64,000 nucleotides of DNA from Oikopleura dioica (taxonomy: Eukaryota; Animalia; Chordata): assembly GCA_907165135.1 (NCBI GenBank), contig OU015566.1, positions 806,001 through 870,000 on the forward strand, given 5' to 3'. The notes under the pieces are model-generated. The model was given only the letters and a program-made list of their open reading frames with translations, was not told the origin of the DNA and ran no database searches. A program made the position numbers and the translations under genes. Shown one piece after another: positions 60,976 to 64,000 of this stretch. Position 1 is the first letter of the stretch, and each line of letters begins with the position of its first letter.

Positions 60976-61880
60976 CCAGAATTCTTTTCGATTCGGCAAA
61001 AATAACGCGGTTTAATTTCTGTTTTCTCAGAAATCGTGAGAATTTCCCCGAAAATCAAAAATCACCGAACTGAAAAAAGAGGATAATAAAAGGGCAAGCG
61101 CGCGAAAATCGTAAATAACGAGAATTGAGTGAGGTTGATCATTTCTATTTGCGATCATCTTAAAAGGAGAAGCTTCACTTTCCCAGCTCAAGGGGCGATC
61201 CATCAGAGTGTTGAGTGAGAAAAGGCAAAAAGACTTATTTGAACACTTCAAACGAAAAAGGGAAAATCAATCATAAACTCATCTCTCATTACAAACTCGG
61301 ACACTTCTTTTGAAAAAGTGACCATATGCAAGATCGAGTTTGGGACTCATCATGGCCGTCTCTTTTGACGGTGAATTTTTAATTGAGCATAATTGCGAGT
61401 ATTTTAAAAAGCTCGAACTTTGCAGAAAAAAATGATAAAATTATGAAAGTGAAAAAAGTGAAGAAAACGAAAGTTGTTCCGTTTCAAAAGTGCTCAACTC
61501 CAGTCGAAAATGATATTCGAGCCGGAAATTTGGAAAAATCAACGATTTCAAGTGCCTCGAGAATTTCTAGCTTTCCTTCATGGAGCTCATTTTCTTCCAG
61601 GTGAGCTTTTTTGGGTTAGCGTTAGGTTTAAAGTTAGGGTTAGGGTTAGGGTTGTCCCAAAAAAATTGAGGGAGGTATCTGAGATACGGTATCTCAGATA
61701 CTGTATCTCAAACCGACAAAAAATTTCGAAAAATTTTGCATAGAAATCTTCAACCAATCAGAAGCCTGGATTCGCCTTATCGGCCAATCAGCAGCCAAAT
61801 AATCGCCCACGCAAAATTAATCAAAATTTTTTGTCAGTCCCTAACGCCACCCCGAAAACTGGCCAATGGCCATCTCTTAA

Positions 61881-62508
61881 GGAGGTAGTCCTCGCTTTTT
61901 GCGATTTCGGCGCTTTTTGAACAGCGCTCACACAAAGTTGGGCTTATAAAGGAGGATGAAAACTTCTGTTTTAGAAACGTCTATCCTAGGTCTAGAGTTG
62001 CCAATCCACAAAAGAAAATTATATTTATCTAGCTAGAGAGCAATTTATTAAGATATCTCTGCCGAAATCGTCATTTTGACCAATTTTTGAACACGCGTAG
62101 AACCATCAAAATACAATCGCAAATTCGAGCCCTATTTATTTTTAGAAAGTTTATACGCTGGTCTAAAGTTGCCATATAATAAAATTAAGAAATTCAAAAA
62201 AATTTTTATGTAATACGATCGATCAAACCATGAGTCTCGAAAACTTGAAAAAAATGAGTTTTTGAAAAAAGGTTTATCTTATATTACCTTCACACCAGAG
62301 AGATTATTTATCATTTTCATACTCTTGAGAATTTCTCGTTTTTAAAATTTTTCATCAAAATCTCACTTTTCATTTGCGATTTTGGGGGCTTTTCTCTGAC
62401 ATTTGAAAAAACTGACCAACACAAAAATTGTAACTTTTCTTACGAGCATTCAGAATCTGGAAAGAAAATTTGAAAATTCCGATTTTCTCAAAAGCGAGGA
62501 CTACCCCC
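61881..62508. mobile_element. TTAA-flanked Kolobok-like MITE
   Basis: TIR GG(A/G)GGTAGTCCTCGCTTTT; TTAA at 61877-61880 and 62509-62512. Confidence 0.85.
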
Positions 62509-63009
62509 TTAAAGGGTTAGGGTTAAAATTAGGTTATGAATCATAACTTATGATAAAGATTTCAGTGTTGGCAACTCCTCTTTAAAATTTCTCAGCAGCA
62601 TCAGAAAATACTTGGACGAAAAATACGCCCCTGGAAGTTGACCGAAAAATGCATCACCTGTTTTCCTTCGCGCTTTTATCTGAGTAATAAATAACAAAGT
62701 TGAGATTTATGCTCCCTAATGCGTGTCATCAGGCTCTGTAAATCCTGATTAACGCCAATAGCATCCGCGTTACAAAAAAGTTCCTTCTTCAAAAGAGAGG
62801 ATGAATTCTACTGAAGCAAATGCGTTTTTTCACGGTTTCGAGAGGGATTTATGCTATTGTTCTGGAGACTCAAACATAGAAAATGATCAAGAATATTCAA
62901 AATTGTCTTTTTTATGCTTTTATTTATCATTGAACAAGACATTCCCGCTGGATACAAAATTGTGCTCGTCGAAATTGGGCGCCAATTTCTATAGAATAAG
63001 AGTGTTTAA

Positions 63010-63345
63010 GGACCCCCCGTCAACAATTTTCGAAAAATCTATTTTCGGAATTTCAGAATTTTGACCCCGGAAATGGATTTTTCAGGTCAAAAAACGATTT
63101 TGAGGCTTCATTTTTTGGGGGTCTATCTTGACTCTAACACCTTCAAAATCGCGTTTGAAAATCGGACTTTTTGACGAAAAATGACGAAAAAGACCCAATT
63201 TTGCTATAATATGATATTTTTATTGGTTAAAAAAGTTCTCCGAACAAGTTTTTATGATAAATTGAACTTCCAGGAACACTAAGAAGCCAAAATATGGCTT
63301 TTTTGAAATTTTCGATTTTTGAGGAAAATTGTTGACGGGGGGTCC
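63010..63345. mobile_element. TTAA-flanked Kolobok-like MITE (sister of 12001-12324)
   Basis: TIR GGACCCCCCGTCAACAATTTT; TTAA both sides; internal similarity to the 12001 copy. Confidence 0.85.
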
Positions 63346-64000
63346 TTAAATTTGAAAAATCAGAAGCATCCGAAAATTTCTATCATTATTTTCTTCAAGC
63401 TTGTTGGTTTTCCTTGCCATCGCCGGAGTCTTTTACATGCTGCATCCTTATACAACTCCTGAAAACTGCAATGCCTGCAAGACGATGATGATTTACAGAA
63501 TGACCGGTAAACGACCTCAAGTGAAGCAAAATATTCTTCAACGAAGGAAATCAAATTTTGAAATTTAAAAAATTCATTCTGAACTTCTGAAATAAAACGA
63601 AATAGCAAAATTTGATCGTTTTTTCTATTGAAACTTCCCATATTATATGCCAAGGAGATAAATATAGATATTTCATCAGCATTTCAATCATCGATTTGTT
63701 TCGCCCTGGGCCAGGGAAATTGTGGGAGGAGACAGCCGGGTAAGCTCTGATCAAAAGTCCATTGCCAAAGTGTCAAAATTTTCTGCTCAGAAAAAAAAAA
63801 CAGAGAGAAAAATGAAAAATTGAAGATGACGGAAAACATGGATTTCATGCTGCTTTCAATGTAAAAAATGAATCAATTCGTTGAATCCGCGAAACTTTTG
63901 TTTTCAGGCTTTTAAAATGCAAGAAAATTGGAAACAAGGAAGAATTAAAGAAAAAATTTAACGAAAGTAAAGCGAAAATTGAAATTGCGCAAACAAAGCG

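Noticed and set aside
63360-63860. Possible partial minus-strand gene at the window end
   Set aside because: Plausible open frames, but no recognisable domain or firm splice chain

Overview
Eukaryotic genomic DNA, most consistent with an appendicularian tunicate (Oikopleura-like). The assignment is inferred from densely packed genes, ~40-50 nt introns, probable GA-AG introns and a very high MITE load; no database was consulted. About 16 spliced genes can be reconstructed: two members of a kinase + papain-like protease fusion family, FAM149-like, a TSP1/C-type-lectin/mucin GPI protein, a 6-finger C2H2 ZnF, a rhomboid, a 4-EF-hand protein, an IP3 3-kinase, a CUB protein, LYPD6-like, a TRPA-like channel without ankyrin repeats, ACADL, a PLEKHG-like RhoGEF and several unassigned proteins. 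Introns and intergenic DNA carry non-autonomous DNA transposons recognisable by TIRs and target-site duplications (hAT 8 bp, MULE 9-11 bp, Tc1 TA, Kolobok/piggyBac TTAA), often nested or stacked. Highlights: (1) kinase-papain fusions with a Q-x5-C...H-x15-N set intact in one copy and degraded in others, one gene apparently a tandem multi-unit fusion; (2) a 5.54 kb hAT-ended foldback element whose arms hold 57-bp arrays with two GAA mini-hairpins per unit; (3) three TTAA elements stacked in a 46-nt intron; (4) a MITE that appears to have created an intron; (5) a MITE inserted into an inverted copy of itself. Exon boundaries are manual and approximate.
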